This document shows positions 10,857 to 20,794 of a stretch of DNA of 64,000 bases, piece by piece (position 1 is the first letter of the stretch; every line of letters begins with the position of its first letter). The stretch lies in NCBI GenBank assembly GCA_050950765.1, contig JBMNIF010000003.1:512001-576000 (forward strand), written 5' to 3'. The translations under genes were made by a program, and so were the position numbers. Under the pieces are notes generated by a model, which was not told the origin of the DNA, did no database searches, and saw only the letters and a list, made by a program, of their open reading frames with translations. Origin of the DNA: Bdellovibrionota bacterium (GTDB lineage: Bacteria; Bdellovibrionota_C; UBA2361; JAAYZI01).

Positions 10857-12326
10857 TTATTCAAGATTGATTGTCAAGAATCTAGTTCCTTCTCTCTTTC
10901 TGATAAGCACCAAGAGCGGCTTATCTCCCGTTAACTCCTTATCTACACGATCAAAAACCTGTTGGTTTTTTATATTAGTATTAGCGATCTCTTCGATAAC
11001 ATCTCCACGCACGATGCCAGCTTTTTCAGCAGGGGAATCTTTTTCAACAGAGGTAACAATGACGTTACCAGATTTAGTTAATTCAAAAATTTTAGCTATA
11101 TCATCAGTTACTGTCTGAACAGAGAGTCCTAATTTACTTTTCTGCTTTTCCTTTTCAGTCTTAGTTTCCTCTTCTTCGGTATCAGTAGGATTAGTCATCT
11201 CCATTATTTTAGGACTTAAAGTTATAATCTTTCCGTCCCGCCACACTTCAATATCAACCTTTGTTCCGATAGCCGTATTAGCAACCAGAATAGGTAAGTC
11301 ATCGTGATCTTCAATAGGATGCCCTGCATAAGTTAATAAGATATCTTTTACTTTAAATCCGGCTTTTGCCGCTGGAGTGTTAGACATAACCTCCGCTACT
11401 AAAGCTCCTGCAGGCTTTACATCCAACGCTTCAGCTACATCCGTATTAACACTTTGTATAATCACCCCTAAAAGTCCGCGCGTAACTGCCCCCTTCTCTT
11501 TTAATTGAGTAATAACATTTTTCACCATATTGATCGGGATAGCAAAACCGATTCCGATATTAAACCCCGTTCCTCCAAATTGAGATCTACCTGGACTAAA
11601 AATAGCAGTGTTAATCCCGACTAATTGACCCTTACTATTAAAGAGCGGTCCCCCTGAACTACCTGGATTTATTGAAGCATCCGTTTGAATAAAATTATCA
11701 TACGGACCACTGATGCTAGTCGGAACCTTACGTGATTTAGCAGAAACGATACCTGCCGTAACGGTTTGTCCAAGTTGAAATTGATTCCCGATAGCCAGAA
11801 CCCATTCTCCGATATGTAGTAGATCTGAATCGCCTACATAAGCAGCTTGTAACTTTTTTTCGCTCTTAATTTTTATAACTGCTAAATCAGTTTTTTTATC
11901 AACTCCGATGATCTCAGCTTGATATTCAGTTTTATCATTGAGTAAACGAACGATAATTGTTTTAGACTTCTCAATTACATGAAAGTTAGTAACAATATAA
12001 CCATCTTCGCTAACAATAATCCCTGAGCCAAGTGAACGCATCGGTTCAGAAGGAAACTTCTTCATAAAAAACGGCAATCCGCTTTCTTCAGACTTCCCCT
12101 TCCCTTTTTCTTCAGTGGCTGTTTCAACAGCGATATTAACAACCATCGGACTTAAGGCTTCTGCTAAGACATCAAAACGTGGGATTACGACCGTGTCTTT
12201 ATTCTGTTTCTGCAACTGTGTAACGACAGGAGGAATGCCCTCTCGCAAAAAAGTATCCGCAAAACACTCCTGTGATATTAATGACATCAAAAGAGCAACT
12301 AAAACCGTCTTACTAAACCAAGCCAT
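10857..12326 (-). CDS. Do/DegP/DegQ family periplasmic serine protease
   Basis: Signal peptide; TNFHV, DLAV, INPGSSGGPL catalytic motifs; two PDZ-like domains. Confidence 0.95.
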   Translation of the reverse strand: MAWFSKTVLVALLMSLISQECFADTFLREGIPPVVTQLQKQNKDTVVIPRFDVLAEALSPMVVNIAVETATEEKGKGKSEESGLPFFMKKFPSEPMRSLGSGIIVSEDGYIVTNFHVIEKSKTIIVRLLNDKTEYQAEIIGVDKKTDLAVIKIKSEKKLQAAYVGDSDLLHIGEWVLAIGNQFQLGQTVTAGIVSAKSRKVPTSISGPYDNFIQTDASINPGSSGGPLFNSKGQLVGINTAIFSPGRSQFGGTGFNIGIGFAIPINMVKNVITQLKEKGAVTRGLLGVIIQSVNTDVAEALDVKPAGALVAEVMSNTPAAKAGFKVKDILLTYAGHPIEDHDDLPILVANTAIGTKVDIEVWRDGKIITLSPKIMEMTNPTDTEEEETKTEKEKQKSKLGLSVQTVTDDIAKIFELTKSGNVIVTSVEKDSPAEKAGIVRGDVIEEIANTNIKNQQVFDRVDKELTGDKPLLVLIRKREGTRFLTINLE

Positions 12327-12357
12327 AGTGAACCTATCTACTTAAATATTACCTCTA

Positions 12358-12774
12358 TTACTTCGCCTTAACGAAACAGAACTGCAATTTCTGTAAAACA
12401 TCTTTCAACATCATCTCTTCATCAGGATCAAGGTTGCCCTTAGTTTTTGATTCCAACAAGCGCAAGATATCAATCGTTTGTCTAGCTGCTGCCTTATCAC
12501 GAGGGACGTTAAACCCTTCGGGAGCTTCCATCTCTCCCAACTGGATAAAAGCTTGCATAGCAAACGACATCACAAAGGAGGCGAAAGTTATCTCTTCAGG
12601 AATTTTTTGCTCTTCAGTTTTAGGAGGATCTTTTATAACAAAATCCTGCTGAGGTTCCGTTTTTGCTTTTTCTTCAACACCATCTCTTTCATTGCCGTGT
12701 TCATCAAAAAGTCGCCTATCATTAACCTTAAACCCGTTGCTGTTTTTTTCATCTTGTTCACTCATATCTATCAC
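12358..12774 (-). CDS. DUF1844 family protein
   Basis: FKVNDRR, ARQTIDIL..LESKTKGNL..EE motifs. Confidence 0.85.
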   Translation of the reverse strand: MIDMSEQDEKNSNGFKVNDRRLFDEHGNERDGVEEKAKTEPQQDFVIKDPPKTEEQKIPEEITFASFVMSFAMQAFIQLGEMEAPEGFNVPRDKAAARQTIDILRLLESKTKGNLDPDEEMMLKDVLQKLQFCFVKAK

Positions 12775-13025
12775 CCCGTAGCAATGCGCAAATACTATCT
12801 AGCACTCTTCATCATTTTAAGAGTCAATACATACAGATTATAAACCTTCTCGGAGAGGAAGCACAGCCACCACTTTTCTATAATTAAAACAAAATGTTCC
12901 AAAATTCACAACATTACATTATTAACTTAAGCCGTTTGATTGGAGAGCTTTAACATCCCTAGATATTGCTTTTAATTTTCTCCATACCGATAATATAACT
13001 GTTTATATTTTTACGGTTAGATCTT

Positions 13026-13811
13026 ATGCAGTTACAAATTCTCGGATCAGGAGCATCTACAGGAGTCCCGATAGCAGCTTGCCCTTGTGCTGTCTGTCAC
13101 TCAAAGAATCCGTTTAATAAACGCTACCGCCCCTCTGCATTAATCACCACTCCTGATGGTCAAAACATCTTGATTGACACCTCACCTGATCTAAGACAAC
13201 AAGCTCTAAAATTTTCTATTACACACCTAGAAGCTGTTCTTTTTACCCATGCTCACGCCGATCATATTATAGGATTTGACGATTTGCGCGCTTTTAATTT
13301 TGTTAGACCCCACTACCGCATCCCCTGTTACGCCATTAAAGAGACGATCGACTCTATAAAACAGGTTTTTAGTTACATCTTCTACCCACCGCAACAATAC
13401 AAGGGGGGGTTATTAGCACAAGTTGAACTGCACCAAATTTCTCAAACGGAGCCATTCCAAGTCTGTGGTATTACAGTTCAACCTTTTAAGCTTATTCACA
13501 GCTCAATTCCAACTACGGGGTTTCGTATTGGGGATGTTGCTTATGCAACTGATTGCAGCCAGATCCCACAAGAATCAAAAGATATCCTAGCTGGCATCAA
13601 CACCATTGTCATTGACGGATTGAGAGACAGACCACATGCCACTCATTTTGCTATAAGTGAAGCTATCGCAGCTGCTAAAGAACTCGGAGCAAAAAATATC
13701 TTTTTAACACACCTTTCACACACCATTGAGTATGAAGCTATTAGTAAAAACCTCCCGCAAGGGGTACACCTCGCCTACGACGGGCTAATTATTCCTATTA
13801 ATTTATCCTAA
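13026..13811 (+). CDS. MBL-fold metallohydrolase (PhnP-like)
   Basis: LGSGASTGVP, CPCAVC, HAHADHIIGFDDLR, THLSH. Confidence 0.9.
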   Translation: MQLQILGSGASTGVPIAACPCAVCHSKNPFNKRYRPSALITTPDGQNILIDTSPDLRQQALKFSITHLEAVLFTHAHADHIIGFDDLRAFNFVRPHYRIPCYAIKETIDSIKQVFSYIFYPPQQYKGGLLAQVELHQISQTEPFQVCGITVQPFKLIHSSIPTTGFRIGDVAYATDCSQIPQESKDILAGINTIVIDGLRDRPHATHFAISEAIAAAKELGAKNIFLTHLSHTIEYEAISKNLPQGVHLAYDGLIIPINLS

Positions 13812-13948
13812 ATAAACAGAGATCGTGCGTGGTTTGCGTTATAAAAAAACTTTTAACCTCACCACATCACAATACAAACGGTTACCTTTTATCCTAAATA
13901 GAGATCGTGCGTGGTTTGCGTTATAAAAAAACTTTTAACCGCACCACA
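13802..13948. repeat. Tandem duplication of a ~60-bp hairpin-containing segment
   Basis: TTTATCCTAAATA(AACA)GAGATCGTGCGTGGTTTGCGTTATAAAAAAACTTTTAACCkCACCACA at 13802-13866 and 13888-13948. Confidence 0.9.
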
Positions 13949-13968
13949 ATACGGATGACTATCTTTAA

Positions 13969-14394
13969 CTATTCTTTTAATTTAAAAGTTTTTATTTTTT
14001 GACTCAACTCACTTGCAGCTACCTTCTCATCCTCTACAACGGTCAGCGATCTCCCGACCTCTAAAGTATTTAAAGCGGTTAAGCACCACTTATAATGATA
14101 TCTGTGTTTTGGAATTACTGCATTAAATAAGAGCCTTTTGTACTCAAATTTAGCACGCGTTTTTAAGCGTTGTAGCTCCAATTCTGAAATAAGCGCAGGA
14201 TCAACAAACCCTAAGAACGTTATAAAATCCTCAGAATTTATATAGAGAACCCCGTTTTGAATCTCAGGTCTAGTTGTTAGATAACGACCACTTTTTAAAA
14301 GGAGGGTTAAGGTGTCGGCGATAGACTCCTCCGGCAAGCCACTTAAATCAAGCTCCATATCAGAGAAGTCTATCGTTTTTGAATCAGTACCCAT
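13969..14394 (-). CDS. Hypothetical protein
   Basis: 141-aa ORF directly downstream of thrS, same strand. Confidence 0.6.
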   Translation of the reverse strand: MGTDSKTIDFSDMELDLSGLPEESIADTLTLLLKSGRYLTTRPEIQNGVLYINSEDFITFLGFVDPALISELELQRLKTRAKFEYKRLLFNAVIPKHRYHYKWCLTALNTLEVGRSLTVVEDEKVAASELSQKIKTFKLKE

Positions 14395-14417
14395 TAGGAC
14401 AGTGCATCACTATTAGT

Positions 14418-16199
14418 CTACAACCCCAATTTTAAAGCTTTTGTTCTATCTTCTTCAACAACACTTTTTACAAAATCTGAGATAGTTACAGTTTGTTGTT
14501 CTCCAGTGTCACGATTACGCACGGTTACAACTCCATCAGCTGCCTCTTTTTCTCCAAGTATCAGCAGGTACGGGATACGTTGCAATCTAGCTTCTCGTAA
14601 TTTCTTACCGATCTTCTCATTTCTAACATCAAGCTCGGTTCTAACACCTGCTTGACGTAGAGCCTCATCAACTTTCTTGCCGAACTCCAACTGAGCATCA
14701 GTAATCGTCAAAGTTTTTACCTGAACAGGTGACAACCAAAGTGGCAAAGAACCACCATAGAACTCTAATAAGAACGCTATGGTTCGTTCTAAGCACCCGA
14801 TAGATGATCTGTGAATAACTACTGGTCTAGCTTTTTCACCTTTCTCATCGATATAAGTCATATCGAAACGCTCAGGCAAACAGAAATCGATCTGAACCGT
14901 AAAGATCGTCTCTTCTTTTCCTAAAACATTTCTCATCTGAACGTCCAGTTTTGGACCATAAAAAGCGGCATCACCTGGACTCTTGGTATACGCCATCTCC
15001 ATTTTATCCATGATACCCGTTAAAACAGCCTCACCTTTCTCCCACATCTCATCATTGTCAACATATTTATCGCTAGCTTTATCACGTAAAGATGCTCTAA
15101 ATGAAATTGCCGAATCTAAACCTAATTTGGTCATGGCAAAACGGATCAGATCAACAGCACCTTCAAACTCCTCTTCTAACTGATCCTTACGACAAACGAT
15201 GTGTGCATCTGCCAAAGTAAACATCATCACGCGCGCTAAGCCCGTCAATTCACCAGAGAGCTCCCGTCTAAATTGAGAGGCGATCTCTGCAATACGCATC
15301 GGCAGATCACGATATGATCTCGGATGTGAATTATACAATTCAAAATGGTGCGGACACGTCATCGGTCTAAGAACTATCTCTTGATCGTCTCCTAGATCCA
15401 TTGGCGGATACATCCCATCTTTATAATGTTGCCAGTGCCCTGATACTTCATAAAGCTCACGCTTTGCCAAAGGTGGAGTGCAAACATGTTGATAACCACG
15501 TCTCAACTCTTCATCAACAATAAAGCGTTCCAACACACGTCTAATAGTTGCGCCTTTCGCTGTAAATAACGGTAACCCTTTCCCTATCAGATCTGAAAAA
15601 ATAAAGAGGTCTAATTCTGAACCGAGCTTACGGTGGTCACGCTGCATAGCCTCTTCACGACGTGCAATAAAATCTTTTAATTCATCTTTTGTTGGAAACG
15701 CCAGAACGTAAATCCTTTGCAACATCGGATTTTTTTCACTGCCTTTCCAATACGCACCACTAACTCTATCAACCTGCCACGCCAGAGAACGAAGCTCTTT
15801 TGTTGAAGCGACATGAGGTCCCGTACACAGATCGGTGAATTCGCCTGAAGTGTAAATACTGACATTTTCTTCCCCCGACTTTTGTAGATCAGAGATAAGC
15901 TCCAACTTAAACGGTTCAGCGGCGAAACGTTTTTTCGCCTCATCAAAAGAGATTAAAGTCTTAGTGAAGGTGCAATCGTTTTTAAGTAGCTCCTTCATCT
16001 TAGTTACGATCTGATCTACCACTTCAGGACTGAAGGTGAACCCTTCAGGTAGAAGAAAATCATAGTAAAAACCATTTTCAATACTTGGTCCAATTCCAAG
16101 CTTCACATCTGGACAAAGCTCTTTTACAGCAGCTGCCAAGATGTGAGACATTGAATGTCTGGCGATATCAACCTGTTCTAATGCACCTAAATCACTCAT
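14418..16199 (-). CDS. thrS: Threonine--tRNA ligase (no N-terminal TGS domain)
   Basis: RHSMSH, DLCTGPH, RDHRKLG, RPMTCPHH, AFYGPKLD, IHRS motifs; anticodon domain. Confidence 0.97.
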   Translation of the reverse strand: MSDLGALEQVDIARHSMSHILAAAVKELCPDVKLGIGPSIENGFYYDFLLPEGFTFSPEVVDQIVTKMKELLKNDCTFTKTLISFDEAKKRFAAEPFKLELISDLQKSGEENVSIYTSGEFTDLCTGPHVASTKELRSLAWQVDRVSGAYWKGSEKNPMLQRIYVLAFPTKDELKDFIARREEAMQRDHRKLGSELDLFIFSDLIGKGLPLFTAKGATIRRVLERFIVDEELRRGYQHVCTPPLAKRELYEVSGHWQHYKDGMYPPMDLGDDQEIVLRPMTCPHHFELYNSHPRSYRDLPMRIAEIASQFRRELSGELTGLARVMMFTLADAHIVCRKDQLEEEFEGAVDLIRFAMTKLGLDSAISFRASLRDKASDKYVDNDEMWEKGEAVLTGIMDKMEMAYTKSPGDAAFYGPKLDVQMRNVLGKEETIFTVQIDFCLPERFDMTYIDEKGEKARPVVIHRSSIGCLERTIAFLLEFYGGSLPLWLSPVQVKTLTITDAQLEFGKKVDEALRQAGVRTELDVRNEKIGKKLREARLQRIPYLLILGEKEAADGVVTVRNRDTGEQQTVTISDFVKSVVEEDRTKALKLGL

Positions 16200-16273
16200 A
16201 ACACATCCTTCAAAACGCCTCTCCATAAGTATAGGGAAGCGAACTTATAATAAATCATCACCCTATCAATATC

Positions 16274-17590
16274 TCATTTTTCGGGTTTTTTCCATTTAGG
16301 AATTCGCAAAGACATAATCCGGTGGGCGGAAACACTTTCAACTTTAATCGTAAAACCGTTACACTCGACGGACTCCCCTTCAGAGGGGATTTTTCCTAAT
16401 AAATCGATAACAAGCCCTGCTATCGTATCATACTCTCCTTTCGGAAAGTTGAAGTCGTACTCAGCATTAAGATCATCAATTAAAGCGCCCCCTTCAACTA
16501 TAAAATCTCCGTTGTCCACCAGATATACCTCTTCTTCCTCTTCAGGGATATCGAACTCATCAAAGATCTCTCCAACGATCTCTTCAAGGAGATCCTCCAC
16601 TGTCACCACACCAGCGACACCCCCATGTTCATCCATTACGATAGCAAAGTGAACGGCTTCAGATTTGAACTTTTTAAGGAGATCGTCCGTTTTCATCAGC
16701 TCTGAAACTGTATAAGGCGGACGTATAAATTCTTTAATATCAAAAGGGTGTTCTGTTTGTTTTAAAACAAATGGAAGGAGGTCTTTTAAAATCAGAATCC
16801 CTTTTACATCATCAAGAATATCTCCTATCACAAGAATTCGTGACAACTGTTCTTTAGAAAAAACCTGTACGATATCCTCAAGTGAAGAGTTTTCAGAAAC
16901 CGCCACAACGTCCTTTCTCGGAGTCATTACCTCTCTAACGATCCCCTCTGAGAAATCAATTACCCCCTGAATCATCTCTACCTGCTCTTCTTCTATTATT
17001 CCAGCTTCGCTACTCCTCTCAACTATGGCACTAATCTGTTCAGGAGATGCTGCACTAACCTCAGGGTGAGCCACAGGTAATTTTAAGATATTCAAAACAA
17101 CATTTCGGCACGACCGCACAACAAAAACTAACGGGTAGAAAAGTTTACCAAGCCAAAAAATAGGCCACGCCATAATACAAAGTAGCCTTCTGCGGTCCCT
17201 TTCGATGGCAGCATTGACAATTTGCAACCCCAACGTCAGTAAAAAATATACGACCACAATGTAGGCTATCTCTGACCAGACAACACTTTTTATCTGATGG
17301 GGATCAAAGGGCTCCTTTAGTAATAGAAGCACGGAGAGAGCAGCGGCAAGGCTTATCGTAATACTACCAAGAACCATTATTACACAGCAGAAAACACCGT
17401 AATAATCTGATTCTAATGTTATTTTTTTTATCTCTTTAACTCCGAAATAAAAGCCTTCGTCAGGCAATTCAAGATTCCGAATCTTACCTGTAATAAGATT
17501 TACCCAAAACGCCGCACAACAAACCAAGAACGCACCGACTATTATCAGGCACGACACACCTAAGATAAAGATTGTATTATCAGACTCCAC
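16274..17590 (-). CDS. Hemolysin/CNNM family CBS-domain membrane protein (TlyC/CorC-like)
   Basis: N-terminal TM segments; VREVMTPR, DEHGGVAGVVTVEDLLEEIVGEI.DEFD; CorC C-terminus. Confidence 0.9.
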   Translation of the reverse strand: MESDNTIFILGVSCLIIVGAFLVCCAAFWVNLITGKIRNLELPDEGFYFGVKEIKKITLESDYYGVFCCVIMVLGSITISLAAALSVLLLLKEPFDPHQIKSVVWSEIAYIVVVYFLLTLGLQIVNAAIERDRRRLLCIMAWPIFWLGKLFYPLVFVVRSCRNVVLNILKLPVAHPEVSAASPEQISAIVERSSEAGIIEEEQVEMIQGVIDFSEGIVREVMTPRKDVVAVSENSSLEDIVQVFSKEQLSRILVIGDILDDVKGILILKDLLPFVLKQTEHPFDIKEFIRPPYTVSELMKTDDLLKKFKSEAVHFAIVMDEHGGVAGVVTVEDLLEEIVGEIFDEFDIPEEEEEVYLVDNGDFIVEGGALIDDLNAEYDFNFPKGEYDTIAGLVIDLLGKIPSEGESVECNGFTIKVESVSAHRIMSLRIPKWKKPEK

Positions 17591-17746
17591 TCTTGTCTCC
17601 GAATTCGTTATAAGAACGATTTCAATCTACTGACAAAAACATACACTTTTTTAATATATTGAAGGCTCCCCTTGCTCCTGTCAATAAACAGAACTGGCAG
17701 AAAGACCTTACTTGTCTAAAAGTACTTATAAGTGTATTAATTTTCC

Positions 17747-18199
17747 ATGAAAAAGATTACCGCAATACATTTTTTCTTACTATACTTCATAACACAAGCT
17801 ATAAGCCCCAGCGCAGCGTTTAGTGAGTGTTCATGTTTGCCTCAATCTAATGTTTCTGACAGCCTCAACAATTCATCATATGTTATGCTGGCTGACATTT
17901 TAGAGAAATCTCGAGTTGCGATTCCTGCAGTTTCCCCTAATTATAAAGAGTTAAAGGTAAAAATTCGTGTCCAACGTTATTGGAAAGGTACTGCTAAAAG
18001 GTTGATGACTATTAGAGTCCCTGAAAATGCGGCTGATTGCGCAATTAACCTAGAGACAGGAAAAACATACCTGATCTATGCGCTAGGGGGCGAAATCCCA
18101 CTAGTAACCAGATGTTCACGAACTAAATTAGCCAACACACCGCAAGCGCAAAGTGACATTACCCGTCTAGGCAAAAACTACACCACCGCAGAAGATTAA
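17747..18199 (+). CDS. Secreted protein with TIMP/NTR-like signature
   Basis: Signal peptide followed by CSC; later WKG, C...GKTYLIYA, CSRT. Confidence 0.65.
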   Translation: MKKITAIHFFLLYFITQAISPSAAFSECSCLPQSNVSDSLNNSSYVMLADILEKSRVAIPAVSPNYKELKVKIRVQRYWKGTAKRLMTIRVPENAADCAINLETGKTYLIYALGGEIPLVTRCSRTKLANTPQAQSDITRLGKNYTTAED

Positions 18200-18329
18200 A
18201 AGCACCCCCCTCTTTGGCGTTGTTTTTAAATTGTCACTATAATTTTATGGTGTAATCTTACGCTGGTTTTAAAATATCTTTATAAAAATTACAGTAAGGA
18301 AGCATTTGCCCGTGTTTAGCACGATCAAA

Positions 18330-18356
18330 AAAGGCAGCATCTTTCAATGCTGCCTT
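18330..18356 (-). terminator. Intrinsic terminator of HU gene
   Basis: AAGGCAGCAT-CTTTCA-ATGCTGCCTT with A-run on left (U-tract on minus). Confidence 0.75.
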
Positions 18357-18399
18357 AAACCATACACTTATAAGACGCACTTATAAGTTATTGCATAAC

Positions 18400-18909
18400 C
18401 TATAATACGCTCTCTTTAAGCGCCTTAGCAGGAACGAAACGAACTCTCTTCTTAGAAGCGATTTGAATTGTTTCACCAGTTGCAGGATTACGTCCTGTGC
18501 GAGCTTTCGTACGACGGACATACATCTTGCCAAGTCCCATCAAAGGTAATTTATAGCCTTTCTTCAAAGCTTCTTTGATGAGCAATGAGATGTCTTCACA
18601 CAACTCTTTAGCTTGAGAACGTTTTGCAAGCCCACAGAAAGCACGAACATTCTCTATGAATTCAGTTTGGCTGTAGCTATTCGTTTTTTCATTTTTTGGT
18701 TTGGTAACCTTTCTTACTTTTTTAATCTCCTCTGCGGCTGGTTTAGCAGCTTTAGGAGCAGCAGCTTTGGCTGTTTTCTTAGGAGCAGCCTTAGTAGCTT
18801 CTTTCTTACAAGCTGTTTTTTTACAAGCCGTTTTCTTAGGAGCAGCTTTTTTTGGAGCAACCTTAACTGCCTTCTTTGTTGCTGCTTTCTTTGTTGATAC
18901 CTTTGCCAT
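18400..18909 (-). CDS. HU family DNA-binding protein with N-terminal Lys/Ala/Pro-rich tail
   Basis: ARTGRNPATGETIQI..KKRVRF.PAKALKE HU motif; PKKAA/ACKK repeats in first ~70 aa. Confidence 0.9.
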   Translation of the reverse strand: MAKVSTKKAATKKAVKVAPKKAAPKKTACKKTACKKEATKAAPKKTAKAAAPKAAKPAAEEIKKVRKVTKPKNEKTNSYSQTEFIENVRAFCGLAKRSQAKELCEDISLLIKEALKKGYKLPLMGLGKMYVRRTKARTGRNPATGETIQIASKKRVRFVPAKALKESVL

Positions 18910-19206
18910 TGTTTTTTCTCCTCACAAAAAATAAGTAACACCTTTGCAATTTATGTAATCGTCATAAAAGACGTTAAATTAGCAACTTTCTCGCGTTACG
19001 GTGCTATAATATGAACAAAATTTTGCAGACCGCAATAAAGAAAAAGTACCTTTCGTAAGATTTTTTGCATTTTTTTACCTTTTTAGATTCATTTGAATCA
19101 AAAAGAAGGCTTAAAACGTCCTTAAATACGGCGAAAATCAGAAAAAATAACTCTTGACCGAGTCGTAGCAACCTGTTTGAGTCAAGAACAGGAGGAGAGA
19201 TCACAT

Positions 19207-19908
19207 ATGTTAAAACCGTTTCTCTTATTTAAAAGTTGGCTCCTTGTAACACTTTTTTTACTTCTTGACGTTCAATTTTTATGCGCGCAGGAGGATCCCC
19301 TTATTCATTTTTTTGACTCTAAATTTAACTTGGCTTTTTCATATCCCGATTATTACATTCAAAGATCTGACCCCTCTTTAGAAGAGATCTCTTCTCAGGT
19401 TCCTCTCATTATTGCGGCAAAACATAAGACTCAAAAAACCTCCTTCAACATAATAGCGATCTCCGGCGAATATGACCTCTCTCTTCCAGAGAAGCGTCAA
19501 TCAAAAATGCTGCTTAGTAGCTATAAGATATCAGGTTTAACAGATGCCGTTATAAAAGAGAGTAGTATTTTAAATATTGCTGATAAAACTTTTTTTTGTG
19601 CCGAAATACATTATCTTTCACAAGGAACTTCAACGATATCTTATGTATCCATTATCCCTGCTAAGGGGGTGCATTTCATCTTAACATTTGTTACCTCCGA
19701 AGCTAACAACACCACGACATTAAAAAATGACACAAAACAGATCCTTAAATCGTTAGCTTTAACTTCAGATACTACAAAAGACCAAACAAGATCAGTAGAA
19801 AAAAACTCCTCTATTATAACCCCTACTATTCTTACCTTTTTGAAAGTATTAGTTTGTCTTTTGTTACTATTCACCTTTATAAAGATACGTCCAAAGTCTC
19901 CTCGCTAA
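19207..19908 (+). CDS. Hypothetical exported/membrane-anchored protein
   Basis: Signal-like N-terminus and C-terminal TM helix; GGAGGAG upstream of ATG 19207. Confidence 0.6.
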   Translation: MLKPFLLFKSWLLVTLFLLLDVQFLCAQEDPLIHFFDSKFNLAFSYPDYYIQRSDPSLEEISSQVPLIIAAKHKTQKTSFNIIAISGEYDLSLPEKRQSKMLLSSYKISGLTDAVIKESSILNIADKTFFCAEIHYLSQGTSTISYVSIIPAKGVHFILTFVTSEANNTTTLKNDTKQILKSLALTSDTTKDQTRSVEKNSSIITPTILTFLKVLVCLLLLFTFIKIRPKSPR

Positions 19909-20014
19909 GTCTCAACGAACATAGATTGAGCACCCATTATTTCTGTCGTTCTCCTAACTTTTTAAAGATAGCGATCCCCTCTCACCATCGAGGTTAAGAA
20001 TACGTAGGAGACCC

Positions 20015-20794
20015 TTAGGAAGTAGATGCTTCCTCATCGAAAAATCTCTTCCTCCCCTTTTGTCTAAGCACGAGAGGAGTATATCGAAGGTTTTTTAATT
20101 GACGCTCTCTTCTATCAGATTTTTCACGTTCACAATTTGAGAGTTGCCTTTGAAAATATTCGTATGTTGGAAAACGGCGTAACGCTTCACGGAAGAGCTT
20201 TTCAGCCTCATCAAGTTCACCACTAAATAGAAAAATTTGACCTGCGTTGTTGTAAACTGATTGGTTATCTGGCGAAAGCATAAGTGCGTTATGTGCAAGT
20301 TGGATAGCCTGATTATGATTGCCGCAACGTAGCTCTGCTAATCCCAAGCGGCTTATAGTCTCTGCATTATTAGGATCGAGTCGAACTGCTTCCTGCAAAC
20401 ACTCCCTTGCCTTTTCCGGCTCCCAATTGATGAGATAAACCTCCCCTAGCTCTCGGTGATATAACGCCGATTCTGGGCGCAATCGAAGCGCCTCACCGAT
20501 GGCACGACGAGCATCAAGGTAGGCTGCCCCTCCTATATGTAGGAAAAAGAGATAGAGGTAGAAATAGAAGTGAGGTTCTTGCGGATGTAACTTAATAGCG
20601 AGACGAACTGTCTCTTCTAATTCATCATATAACCCTAAATTATAAGAAGAACGGCAGAGATACATAAGAGCTGTCGAATGACCTGGTGAGATCGATAAAG
20701 CTTCCCGCGCTTTATCTCGAAGCAAATCATTTCGATGTGTCTCAGCAAGAATCTGACAATACTCCAGAGCCTTTGAAAGTAATTCAGCACTCAT
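20015..20794 (-). CDS. Tetratricopeptide repeat protein
   Basis: Repeated A..L.P...Y..LG..Y patterns; 4-nt overlap with upstream AAA gene. Confidence 0.85.
   Translation of the reverse strand: MSAELLSKALEYCQILAETHRNDLLRDKAREALSISPGHSTALMYLCRSSYNLGLYDELEETVRLAIKLHPQEPHFYFYLYLFFLHIGGAAYLDARRAIGEALRLRPESALYHRELGEVYLINWEPEKARECLQEAVRLDPNNAETISRLGLAELRCGNHNQAIQLAHNALMLSPDNQSVYNNAGQIFLFSGELDEAEKLFREALRRFPTYEYFQRQLSNCEREKSDRRERQLKNLRYTPLVLRQKGRKRFFDEEASTS

Noticed and set aside
18613..18941. Overlapping ORFs across the HU gene
   Set aside because: Shadow frames produced by low-complexity Lys/Ala codons
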